In this document: in pieces, positions 8,827 through 17,567 of the stretch
Numbering within the stretch: position 1 is the first letter of the stretch
Layout: each line of letters opens with the position of its first letter
Assembly: GCA_900299035.1 (NCBI GenBank)
Contig: OMIG01000240.1
Location: 1-44,257 of the forward strand
Length of the DNA: 44,257 bases
Reading direction: 5' to 3'
DNA from: Pseudomonadota bacterium
GTDB taxonomy: Bacteria; Bdellovibrionota_C; UBA2361; OMII01
Notes under the pieces: model-generated
What the model was told of the DNA's origin: nothing
Database searches by the model: none
What the model saw: only the letters and a program-made list of their open reading frames with translations
Made by a program: the position numbers and the translations under genes

Positions 8827-10878
8827 TTAGTGCAGGTAGCCGCCACTGCCCGGCAGCTTGTCTAGCTCGAGGTCCGCGGCCGAAGGCTTCGGCTTCGTTT
8901 TTCCACGCAGCCCAAGCGCACGCTGTAGCGGCTCAAGCACCTTCGGGGAAAGCCCCGGAGAGAAGTCTGCTGCCTCCAGCGCGGAAGAATCGTCTTCGGA
9001 GGCCTTTTCAAGATCTACCATGGCGCCCCGCAGCCAGGCCGCCGAGGTCTCCCTCCACGACAGTCCAGCCTGTCCGTGGCCTCTCGCCTGAGAGCTCAAG
9101 TAGGCCGACATCGACAGGTAGTACTTTAGCTTCCACCGGATGGCATTGTGGCGCGGGGCATCGAAGAACTCCAAGGCACGCTGCAACATGCCGTGGGCCT
9201 CTTCGTACAGCTCGCCGCCACGGCTCTTGCCAACCTCGAGCATCGCAAGTCCGGATAATGCGTCCGTTAAGGCTACGTCTCGCGCCGAACCGAGCGCCTG
9301 GTAGACAGCTCGGGCTTTGTGCAGGTGCGACACGGCCGATACGGGATCCTTTGAAAGCACGCCCAGCTGGGCGCGGATCGACAGGCATTTCGCGCGTGAG
9401 CGTTGCGCAGCCGGAAGAGACTCGTACGGCTCAAGCTCCTGCTCGCACCGCACCAGCAAGCGCTCCGCTTCTCGCAGAGCGCGGTCCGAGGCGAAGCCCT
9501 TTGTGCTGAACTCGCTCATCACGCCGGCTTGCGCGAGCGCTGCTCGCTTCTCGCTGGCTGACACAACAGCCCGGCGCTGCTCCTCGATTGTCAGGGATTC
9601 TTTCCAAGCCTTCCGTGCAGACACCCAGTCTCCAGATGCTGCAAGCGCCGAAGCAGAGAGGTGTAGAGCTTGTGCCTGAAGCGCTCGCACCCCCGCTGCC
9701 CTGAACACCTCTTCACAGATCTTGGCGCACCGAACGGCTGCTTTGCTGTCCGAGAGGATCTGCGCTGCCTGCGCCGCACTGAACCCAATCGCCCCTACCG
9801 CCAACTCCGAGCCGAGGGATCCTTCAAGCGCCTTGCTGATCTCCTGGGCTCTGGCAATGTCACCATCCGCGAGCGCCGCCTGGAAGGTGCCATGAATCGA
9901 CAGGAGGATGGCCTGGAGGTGCCCGCTCTCTAGGGCGACCTCCTCGACTCGCGCAAACAGCGCAGACGCTCGAGTGCCAAGCCCGCGGCTCAGCGCGGCA
10001 TCAGCCATGATGAAGAGCGCCTCAACCAGCCCGGAGTTGCAGCGATAGGCCTCAAACACCGGAAGAACTGCCTGCAATCTCTCGGCTCGCGAGCTGTCTT
10101 CTGCGCAGCGAGCGATGGAGAGCTCTACGAGGGCCTGCTGCAGCTCTCCGTGAGAGCGAGCTTCGTTGCGAAGCTGCTCGGCTCTCGCCGCAAAAGACTC
10201 AACGGCCCCAAGCGCGCAGTCAACCTGGAAGCGCAATCGCTCCACCTCGAGGGCAACGTCATCCGACCACCCGCCACCCGCAAGCTCAATCGAAAGCACA
10301 TCAACGAGCAGCTTAGCCTGAAGAGCCTCTGGCTTGGGCGCGTGCAGGTACGTTTTCGCTAATTCAAGACCGAGCTGGACACGGTGTTTCTTGGCCTCCG
10401 GTCCGCAGCACGAGTCGAACTCTGCTGCCAAGGCTATTCGTGCCCGCAGAAGATCTTCATCTGGGAGGACACCGAGCGAAACACCGACGAAGAGCGCTCT
10501 AGCGACGATAAGCGCCGCTCGGGCGCGGTCTGCTGCTGAGTGACCGCCCGCGGATATCTGGAGGTGGAGAGCCTCTATCGCCTGCGCGCAGGATCGCACC
10601 GAGCCGTTCTGCATCAGCTCACACAGCGCGACGTACCCCCGAAAGAGCCGCTCGCGCGGAGAGCCTGCAACCAGCGCATGCACGCCGTCCGCGAGAGCGC
10701 GCGCGGCACGAAAGTGGCCAGCTTCAACCAAGAGCTCCAGTGCATCAACTGCGTTCCAGGTCACGCCTGGCGCGTGGCCGTCCTCTTCGAGCGTCTTGAG
10801 CAGCTCTGGCAAGTGGCTGCGCGATAGCTCTACTGGCTGCGCCGAGGACTCGACAAATGGGGCTCGCTTCTTTGTCAT
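8827..10878 (-). CDS. Hypothetical 683-aa all-helical repeat protein (TPR/MalT-C-like superhelix), no recognisable catalytic domain
   Basis: The ORF is long and rich in Ala, Leu and Arg, with recurring helix-pair periodicity. The ATG at 10878 overlaps the upstream gene's TGA as ATGA. The function call is weak. Confidence 0.6.
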   Translation of the reverse strand: MTKKRAPFVESSAQPVELSRSHLPELLKTLEEDGHAPGVTWNAVDALELLVEAGHFRAARALADGVHALVAGSPRERLFRGYVALCELMQNGSVRSCAQAIEALHLQISAGGHSAADRARAALIVARALFVGVSLGVLPDEDLLRARIALAAEFDSCCGPEAKKHRVQLGLELAKTYLHAPKPEALQAKLLVDVLSIELAGGGWSDDVALEVERLRFQVDCALGAVESFAARAEQLRNEARSHGELQQALVELSIARCAEDSSRAERLQAVLPVFEAYRCNSGLVEALFIMADAALSRGLGTRASALFARVEEVALESGHLQAILLSIHGTFQAALADGDIARAQEISKALEGSLGSELAVGAIGFSAAQAAQILSDSKAAVRCAKICEEVFRAAGVRALQAQALHLSASALAASGDWVSARKAWKESLTIEEQRRAVVSASEKRAALAQAGVMSEFSTKGFASDRALREAERLLVRCEQELEPYESLPAAQRSRAKCLSIRAQLGVLSKDPVSAVSHLHKARAVYQALGSARDVALTDALSGLAMLEVGKSRGGELYEEAHGMLQRALEFFDAPRHNAIRWKLKYYLSMSAYLSSQARGHGQAGLSWRETSAAWLRGAMVDLEKASEDDSSALEAADFSPGLSPKVLEPLQRALGLRGKTKPKPSAADLELDKLPGSGGYLH

Positions 10879-11546
10879 GCCACAGCCCCCAAGTTTTTTT
10901 GCGGGCACTTTGCAGGCGTGTCGCAGAACGAAAGGAGCGTTCGAGTTATCGACTCTGCTTCCTGCTCACCATCGCTCTCAAGAATCATCACCTTCCAGGC
11001 GGTCGGGGCAAGGCTCGAGAGCTCCTGTAGCTCGCGCAAGACGAAGCCGCTGGCTCGGCGAGTGCCTACCACCAGCATCGGAGCGCGAAGCCGGTGAACG
11101 TACGATTTAATGTTGAAGCCGTTGTTTCCAAGGCGAAGCGGAAGCCCGAAAGGGAGCTTCTCTTCAAGCGTGTCGACCGCCCGTTCCCAGCGCGTTGGGT
11201 GAGGGCGTGAGGTGGCATCGACCACGGCGAGCGTGCGCACGAGCTTAGGCCGAGCGAGCGCCATGTTTTGCGCTAAGGTGGCTCCAGCTCCTAGGCCCAC
11301 GAAACTGGCCTGGCGGATGCCGAGCTCCTCGATGAGCTGCGAGAGCGATTCAGAAAGGGATTCCCACGAATCAGCCAAAACAGGTGCGCTTGCGACCACT
11401 ACTGAGCGGGCTTTCTGCTCGAGCTGCCGCGACACGGCTTCCGCAAGCGGTAGGTACGCTAGGTCATCGACAAGAGTCATAAATGCCCTGCCACTGCCCC
11501 TATCGGAGATGACGCTTAGGCCCTGTGTAGGAAGAATAGAGTGCAC
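10875..11546 (-). CDS. Alpha/beta-hydrolase-fold protein lacking the catalytic nucleophile (predicted pseudoenzyme)
   Basis: The nucleophile-elbow context ASFVGLGAGATLAQNMALARPKLVRTLAVVD reads G-L-G-A-G (nt 11297-11283) where G-x-S-x-G is expected. The expected HG oxyanion motif and the C-terminal His are also not evident. The start is uncertain: GTG at 11546 or ATG at 11480. Confidence 0.6.
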   Translation of the reverse strand: MHSILPTQGLSVISDRGSGRAFMTLVDDLAYLPLAEAVSRQLEQKARSVVVASAPVLADSWESLSESLSQLIEELGIRQASFVGLGAGATLAQNMALARPKLVRTLAVVDATSRPHPTRWERAVDTLEEKLPFGLPLRLGNNGFNIKSYVHRLRAPMLVVGTRRASGFVLRELQELSSLAPTAWKVMILESDGEQEAESITRTLLSFCDTPAKCPQKNLGAVA

Positions 11547-11733
11547 GCTAAAGACCGAATTTTTAGGCGACCGAAGGAAGGTATCGGAAGCCTCTTCCTT
11601 AGTCTACTGTGCTCCTAACCCCGCGTTTTCACGTAGTAGTGGCCCGAATCTCCGGTTTGCTCACCTCCTAGACTTGTGTCAGGGTCAGAGAGTCATCCAA
11701 GAGGATGTTTCGTTTGTTTTTTCGACAGGAAGT

Positions 11734-12171
11734 ATGTCCCAAAGCACAGGAAAGAAGGGGAGCGCAACTGAGGAGCAGGCCGGCCCATTCGAGCTGCGAA
11801 GCTCGGAGAACTCCACCCGCTCGCCCCTCTCAGCAAATTTTAGGAGCCAGGAGAAAAACTTCTCGGCGCAGAACAGCGCTGCAGCGAACCGGTCCGCGGA
11901 CAATGACGACGATCCGGCGATTGGCTCGCTTGAGCCGCCCGTTCGCAATTACGGCTGCGCAAACTACGACACCTGCCTCGACCTGGCTGCAGCGCTCAAC
12001 TGGGCGAGCTTTACCTGCGGTTCGTGCCGCGGGACGATAAACGAGTCGCTCATGTGGCGGGCCAGGCACGCCACGCGAAAAGACGCCTTTGCGAAGGCGA
12101 TCTGCGAGCTGCCCCCGGTAACGCCGCTTGAACCGGCTACTGCGAATGGTTTGCCGAAGAAAGGGTCTTAG
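11734..12171 (+). CDS. Hypothetical small protein with a 4-Cys cluster (C-x5-C-x15-C-x2-C)
   Basis: The ATG at 11734 is preceded by AGGAAG. The product has a low-complexity polar N-terminal half, then NYGCANYDTCLDLAAALNWASFTCGSCRG. This is the 3' part of track ORF 11212..12171; the 5' part of that ORF is antisense to the hydrolase gene. I recognise no family. Confidence 0.5.
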   Translation: MSQSTGKKGSATEEQAGPFELRSSENSTRSPLSANFRSQEKNFSAQNSAAANRSADNDDDPAIGSLEPPVRNYGCANYDTCLDLAAALNWASFTCGSCRGTINESLMWRARHATRKDAFAKAICELPPVTPLEPATANGLPKKGS

Positions 12172-13153
12172 GGGCCCTCACACCGAGCCATAGCAATCCG
12201 CCCAAAAAGGCCAAGACGTACGACTTAGCCCGCAACACGAGCGCAACTGCCAGCGCCTGCGCAGGGGTAGCCCCAGCCGACTGCAAGAAGAACAGGAAAG
12301 CTCCCTCCTGGATGCCTAGCCCCTGAGGCGAGACCGGGATTGCCCCTACCAATAGTATCAGCGGCACAACCACAAACAGCTCGCCCCACGGTGCTGCACT
12401 CCAGCCTATGGCGTGAGAAACCGCGACGGTGTTCACAATAGTCATAACGTGAAACGCGGCCGACAGGGCCGCGGCTTGGCACATGAGCCGCACGTCGCTG
12501 CCGCCCCAGATGAGCCCCTCCTCCACCTTCTCGACTTTAGCGATCAGCCTCTCAGGGAGCCCCAGCCTCTTGAGGGTGATTGAGACCCGGCGAGTGAACA
12601 TGGCAACGCTGCCCGCGATTGCTCCTGCCGCAACGACCAGCACGAGAGCGGCAACCTGCCACGTAACCGCTGAACTGAACGGGAGGGCGACTAGCGACAT
12701 GAGCACCATCGCCATAAAACCGGTGTAGCGCTCAAGAAGCGTCGCCGACACAGCATGAGCTCGATCCGCACGCTCGCCAACGTAGAGGCTCCGGACCACG
12801 TCGCCTCCCACGTAGGATGGCATTACGAGGTTTACGAAGTATCCAACCAGGTAGAGCCTGTAGAGGTGCCACACGGTCGCCTGAATCCTCAGCCGGCTCA
12901 AGAAAGCTCTCCACTTAATGACACTAATGAGGATGAGCACTGCGGCGATTGCGAGAAGCACGAAAAGATCGCGCAGAGAGATCTCAGAGAGCGCCGACAC
13001 TAAGCTCGAGAGGTCAACGAAGTACGCCATTGCGGCGAGGAGTCCGGCTCCAATCACAAGCCGAAGAGCGCCCCACGGACGCCGCTGCGCTGTGCCCGGC
13101 TCCGTTGCGGCCTCCGCCGCTGCTGTTGGCTGCGTAGAGCTACTGAGTGCCAT
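12137..13153 (-). CDS. UPF0104 / lysyl-PG-synthase-TM-like 'flippase-like' integral membrane protein
   Basis: The product is polytopic, with KWRAFL...YLVGYFVNLVMPSYVGGDVVRSLYVG and the C-terminal VGAIPVSPQGLGIQEGAF motif typical of this family. The ATG at 13153 overlaps the upstream gene's end by 14 nt. Confidence 0.8.
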   Translation of the reverse strand: MALSSSTQPTAAAEAATEPGTAQRRPWGALRLVIGAGLLAAMAYFVDLSSLVSALSEISLRDLFVLLAIAAVLILISVIKWRAFLSRLRIQATVWHLYRLYLVGYFVNLVMPSYVGGDVVRSLYVGERADRAHAVSATLLERYTGFMAMVLMSLVALPFSSAVTWQVAALVLVVAAGAIAGSVAMFTRRVSITLKRLGLPERLIAKVEKVEEGLIWGGSDVRLMCQAAALSAAFHVMTIVNTVAVSHAIGWSAAPWGELFVVVPLILLVGAIPVSPQGLGIQEGAFLFFLQSAGATPAQALAVALVLRAKSYVLAFLGGLLWLGVRAPKTLSSANHSQ

Positions 13154-15218
13154 CTGCAACGCCCAAGAACTGGAGCTCCCCGACCGACCAGTCCATGCGG
13201 CCGTCTTTGCCGGTCTGAGTAAGGATTACCCCAGAAGCATCTTCGGGAGCGAAGTCGAACCGGAATCCGCCGTTCATCTGGTAAAGGTAACGAAACGCTG
13301 CGTACCGTTCAGCATCCAAGACCACCTGGCGCGAGCCGTCCGGGCGGACGACTTCTACCTGGAGGCCACGCGGAGAGTCGTGCGGCCAGCGTCCGATGTC
13401 GTACTCGATCCCGTAGAGCCGCACTGGACGGCGGAAGCGCACCTCAAACGACATGCCTGGCCGCTGCGGAGATCCAGTGCCCCAGCGTGTAGAAAAATCG
13501 CCATCCACAGCCAGCTTTGCGTCTTGCTCGCCCCACGCCGACACGCTTGCCACTTCCGACTGCGGAATCTTGTCGCCAGCCCGCTTCGGCGGCCGCACGT
13601 TGTACACAATGACGTACCCGCCGGCGCTGCGTCCACTGAACGGGATGCTCGCCGCCTCGAGAGCGCGCCGTACCAGCTTCGCCTCGGACGGCACCAACAC
13701 GAGCGGAACAGATTCGCGCTGCTCGGGAGTCATTCCGCGCTCGTACTCGGGAATCCGAATCTGGTGCGGCTCCTGAAACATGGAGAATGTAATTCTCTCG
13801 AGAGTCTCAAACGCCAGACGGTAGCCGATCCAGTAGTTCGTCCGAACGTACGAGATGCCGAGCTGGTCGAGCGCCGCTATCAGCTCGTCGTGGCTGCGCG
13901 CAACTCTCTCGCCGCCGTAGACAATCGGCTCTCCTGCCACAGCCCGTCCTCCCAGGTAGGCTGACGCGGCGTTCATTCCCAAGAGACTCAGCAGGGCCGC
14001 TATCGCCACAGCCCGCGACCAGCGCGCGATGCAGGCCACAGCAATGCCGGCCACAGCGAAGAGGCTCACGTACATCGGCAGCAGGTACCTCGGCGCCTGG
14101 AAGAGCCAGCCGTAGCTGCTCATCGCAAAGACCGCACAGCTAACAGGCAACACGAGCAGCACGACGCCAACGGCCGCGGAGCCAAGAGGCTTCCGGAGCA
14201 GCAGCGCTGCAAGCAGGTCTCGGCGGAAGGAGAGCGTCACCACGACAATAGCCGAGCCGTACAGGCCGTAGGCAACTGCGGTGGCCGCAGGAAAGAGCTC
14301 CTGGCTATGCCAGAACCGGACGGCGCCGAAAATAATCGGAAGAGCCTGCGAGAAAAGCCCCTCCCACTGCTTACCGACTTCTGCTCCCTCAGCCAGCCCG
14401 AACATCCCGAAAGACGGGAATCCAAGCTGGATGTTGTAAACCCAGTACGGGGCTCCGCCTACGAAGAAACAGGCGCTACCCGCTACTACTATTGCCAACA
14501 ACCGACGAAGCGGCAGCTCGCCCCTCACGAGCTGTCCGAGCAGCAGTAACGAGGCACCCAGCGCTACCGGCAGGATGAAGTACACGATCTGGTTGTTCAC
14601 CCACCATCCAATGCCGAGCAGCAGCCCGAGCGCGCACGGATACCTCAAGTCGCCTGGCTTCGAGCGGCTCCAGCGCACAGCCGCCAGCAGGGCCAGGGCC
14701 CCGATGAAGAGCACCTCGATGAAGCCGCCGCGAGCCTTGCTGCTCCAGATAATGAGCGCAGATGGAGGAAAGGCCATCAGAATGGCGGCGGCGCGTCCGG
14801 CAAACCGGCCGCCGAGAGACGCAGCCAGGGCGTACATCAGCGGAACGAGCAGCACCGCAAACACGAGCGGCACGAGCGACAGCGCAAACGGCGTGGTCCC
14901 GAAGAGAGCAAACGATCCCGCAGCGAGAATCGCCTCAAGCGAGCCCATGTAGTGCTGGCCGTAGTAGAAAACCGGAAGGCTTCGCCCCTCTAGGATGTGC
15001 TTGCCCATCAGCCCGACAATCGCTTCATCCGCGTCGATCGACCACTGAGTCGCCCGCATGAAGTCGAGCCGCACAAGAACAGCGAGAAGCATCGAGAGCG
15101 CCAGAAAGAGCTTGTCGCCGCGATCGTTGGCAGCCGGCAACTCGGAGGGCAGGGACGGCTCATGGCGTCGCGTCGCTGCCGCGCCAGGAAACTCGACAAC
15201 CTTTAGCTTAGGCACCAT
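13140..15218 (-). CDS. GT-C fold glycosyltransferase (PMT_2/ArnT-like, GT39/GT83 type) with a C-terminal F5/8 type C (discoidin) domain
   Basis: About 12 TM segments are present, with a DADEA acidic motif in the first loop. The soluble C-terminal ~140 aa, AVDGDFSTRWGTGSPQRPGMSFEVRFRRPVRLYGIEYDIGRWPHDSPRGLQVEV, is the discoidin signature. The ATG at 15218 has GGGGGAGAG upstream and lies 4 nt after the upstream stop. Confidence 0.8.
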   Translation of the reverse strand: MVPKLKVVEFPGAAATRRHEPSLPSELPAANDRGDKLFLALSMLLAVLVRLDFMRATQWSIDADEAIVGLMGKHILEGRSLPVFYYGQHYMGSLEAILAAGSFALFGTTPFALSLVPLVFAVLLVPLMYALAASLGGRFAGRAAAILMAFPPSALIIWSSKARGGFIEVLFIGALALLAAVRWSRSKPGDLRYPCALGLLLGIGWWVNNQIVYFILPVALGASLLLLGQLVRGELPLRRLLAIVVAGSACFFVGGAPYWVYNIQLGFPSFGMFGLAEGAEVGKQWEGLFSQALPIIFGAVRFWHSQELFPAATAVAYGLYGSAIVVVTLSFRRDLLAALLLRKPLGSAAVGVVLLVLPVSCAVFAMSSYGWLFQAPRYLLPMYVSLFAVAGIAVACIARWSRAVAIAALLSLLGMNAASAYLGGRAVAGEPIVYGGERVARSHDELIAALDQLGISYVRTNYWIGYRLAFETLERITFSMFQEPHQIRIPEYERGMTPEQRESVPLVLVPSEAKLVRRALEAASIPFSGRSAGGYVIVYNVRPPKRAGDKIPQSEVASVSAWGEQDAKLAVDGDFSTRWGTGSPQRPGMSFEVRFRRPVRLYGIEYDIGRWPHDSPRGLQVEVVRPDGSRQVVLDAERYAAFRYLYQMNGGFRFDFAPEDASGVILTQTGKDGRMDWSVGELQFLGVADGTQ

Positions 15219-15222
15219 GCCA

Positions 15223-16470
15223 CTACTCTCCCCCGGCGCGCAGCATTCCCTGAGTCGGCGCAGCCTGACGCTCAATCCCGAGGACTTCTCCCGCTGCCCT
15301 GTACGCCTCGCGAGTAAGGCGCCCCGTGCGCTCCCAGGTAAACTCTCGCGAACGCTCGTGCGCGGCCTGCGCTAGCGAACGCGCCATCTCCGGCTCTTTT
15401 AGCAGCTTGAGCACCGCTTTTGCGCCGGCTCGAATATCTGTCGGCCCGAACGTGAGCCCGGTGTCTCCGAGCACCTCGGGCATAGAAGAAACGTTTGAGC
15501 ATGCAACAGGCACCCCTGCTGCCATCGCCTCCAGCACCGGCAGCCCGAAGCCTTCGTACAGGCTCGGGAAGAGAAATACCGAGCTCTCGGCGTACAGGGC
15601 GTGCAGGTCCTCATCCGAAACGTAGCCGACGTTCACTGTGTCAGAGGCCATCGAGAAGTCCCACAGCGCAACATTGAGGCGCTCCTCTTCTTTAGGCGAA
15701 CTGACTCGTCCAGCCAGAACGAGAACGGGCACATCTCCTCCAGTACGCTCGACCTCCCGAACCGCTTCTGAGGCGATCTCAATCAAGCCGCGGATGTTCT
15801 TTCGCTCGTCGTGCCCTCCGACGTACAGCAGGATCGGCCTGCCAACCGGGATTCCAAGCTTAATTCGCAGCGAAAGAGACTCATCTTCAGTGACCGACTT
15901 TCGGCGCTCGAAATCCGAGAAGAAGCTCTCGTCCACTCCAAGCGGAGTCACAAGGATACGGTCGCGAGGCACCCCGAGAAGCCGATTGATGTCCTGGGCG
16001 GTCGTCTCCGATATTGCGATCAGGAAGGCTGCTTGGCGAATGGCCCTAATCTCAAGCCAGCGCGCAAACGAGAATCGCCAGCCCGGACGGTTGGCTCGGT
16101 ACAGGTCCTGGAGGATGAGCGGGATAAGGTCGAGCACGGTAAGCACGTACGGCTTCGAGCTCCAAGCCGGCGCATCCATGTGGGCTGGAAAGTGCAAGAA
16201 CGAGAATTTCTTCATCTCGCCGGAGTTGAGCTTGAGCGGGTAGAGGAGCTGCTGCCGCGCGGTGGTCCTGCCCGCCGGGAGCGCATTGACGATCTTGGCG
16301 CCTACGCCCTTCGTGATGAGCGACTTGTGATCGAAACACTCGACGTCTAGCCCGTCGTCACTAGGGACCGAGAGCGCCCGCACGAGCTCCGACACGTAGC
16401 GCCCTATTCCGCGCTGCGCGTGGCACTTAAACTCTGGGTCGAGCGCGCTGATGTCAAACCCTACTCGCAT
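15223..16470 (-). CDS. Glycosyltransferase family 4 (GT-B, retaining type)
   Basis: The C-terminal motif SLYEGFGLPVLEAMAAGVPVACSNVSSMPEVLGD is the E-x7-E region of GT4. The start is ATG at 16470 or GTG at 16473, overlapping the upstream stop. Confidence 0.88.
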   Translation of the reverse strand: MRVGFDISALDPEFKCHAQRGIGRYVSELVRALSVPSDDGLDVECFDHKSLITKGVGAKIVNALPAGRTTARQQLLYPLKLNSGEMKKFSFLHFPAHMDAPAWSSKPYVLTVLDLIPLILQDLYRANRPGWRFSFARWLEIRAIRQAAFLIAISETTAQDINRLLGVPRDRILVTPLGVDESFFSDFERRKSVTEDESLSLRIKLGIPVGRPILLYVGGHDERKNIRGLIEIASEAVREVERTGGDVPVLVLAGRVSSPKEEERLNVALWDFSMASDTVNVGYVSDEDLHALYAESSVFLFPSLYEGFGLPVLEAMAAGVPVACSNVSSMPEVLGDTGLTFGPTDIRAGAKAVLKLLKEPEMARSLAQAAHERSREFTWERTGRLTREAYRAAGEVLGIERQAAPTQGMLRAGGE

Positions 16471-17567
16471 CACGCTCCCTGTGCCTTGCGCGCCTCGTGT
16501 TGGCGCGAAACGAGGTCCGCCACGCGCGCCCGGAATCTCTCTTCGCTGAAGTGCGCGACTCGGCGCCTGCCGTGAGCAACGAGCTTCTCCCTGAGCTCTC
16601 CAGGAATTGCCATGTCGTAGAGCAGCTGCCCAAGCTGTGCGTGGCGCTTCTCGCTAACAACAACCCCTCCATCACCAACAGTGTCCGCTACGGCACCCGC
16701 GCCGAACGCCACCAAAGGCAAGCCGAAGTGCATCGCCTCAACGAGCGGAAGACAAAAGCCCTCATGTTCGCTCATGCAGATGTAGGCGTCGCACGCCTCG
16801 TAGAGCGCCCGCACTCCTTCGTCAGACAGGCATCCCGTAAATTCAACTGCGCCGCCAATTCCGAGCCGAGCCGCCATCTCCCGCAGCGAGAACGAGTAAA
16901 GCTCCGTGTCGGTGTCGATTCCAACTAGCCACAGCTTGCTGTCAGGCTCAAGGCCCACGTGCAGGAAGCGGAAGGCCTTCAAGATGTCCTCGACCCGCTT
17001 GTTCGGCGCCAGCCGCCCCACGTGCAGAATGTTCATGCGAGCAAGCCTGCGCACGTCAGCGTAGACCGTCTCGTTTCGCGGCAGGCCCCAGCGTCCCGGG
17101 TCAACCAGAAGCTCAAGCACCTCGGAGCGAAACCCGAGAGCCGCAAGCTCGTCGGCATTAAATTGCGAGTCGGCCCAGATCGCGTCAGAAGCCGCACACA
17201 GCGCAGGAAGATCGGAGAGTCCGCGCTCAATGTCCCGCGCCACCCGCGCGTTGACGCCCTCAAACCACTTGGCCGGCGTGATATTGTGGTACACCAAGGT
17301 TCGCCTGCCCCTGTTCCAGGAGGCGTACACCTCATTGAGCGGCGAGCCGAGCGAGTAGTGTAGGATGAGGTCCGCAGACTCGCTCTGCAGCACCTCTCGG
17401 TACGGGCGTGAACGACCCTTGAGCCGAACGTGCTCACCGATGGCGAAGATTTCGCTCTGGTAGCCGAGGGCCTGGAGCGTCCGCTGGAGCGCCAGCACCT
17501 CCGTCGAAATCGCATCCCCGTAGCTCAGGGTGTGCACAAGCTGGTGTATCGCGCGTGACTCGCTCAT
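16470..17567 (-). CDS. Glycosyltransferase family 4 (GT-B)
   Basis: The sequence SEHEGFCLPLVEAMHFGLPLVAFGAGAVADTVGDGG supports the call. The ATG at 17567 forms an ATGA overlap with the wzm stop. Confidence 0.88.
   Translation of the reverse strand: MSESRAIHQLVHTLSYGDAISTEVLALQRTLQALGYQSEIFAIGEHVRLKGRSRPYREVLQSESADLILHYSLGSPLNEVYASWNRGRRTLVYHNITPAKWFEGVNARVARDIERGLSDLPALCAASDAIWADSQFNADELAALGFRSEVLELLVDPGRWGLPRNETVYADVRRLARMNILHVGRLAPNKRVEDILKAFRFLHVGLEPDSKLWLVGIDTDTELYSFSLREMAARLGIGGAVEFTGCLSDEGVRALYEACDAYICMSEHEGFCLPLVEAMHFGLPLVAFGAGAVADTVGDGGVVVSEKRHAQLGQLLYDMAIPGELREKLVAHGRRRVAHFSEERFRARVADLVSRQHEARKAQGA

Noticed and set aside
11212-11733. The 5' part of the 319-aa forward ORF 11212..12171.
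   Set aside because: This part is antisense to the alpha/beta-hydrolase-fold gene and crosses the intergenic region with no RBS. I kept only the 3' portion, from the ATG at 11734, which has an RBS.
12918-13964. A 348-aa forward ORF spanning the UPF0104 / GT-C junction.
   Set aside because: It is antisense to two membrane-protein genes with clear family motifs. Its translation is Arg/Ala/Ser-rich with no domain signature.
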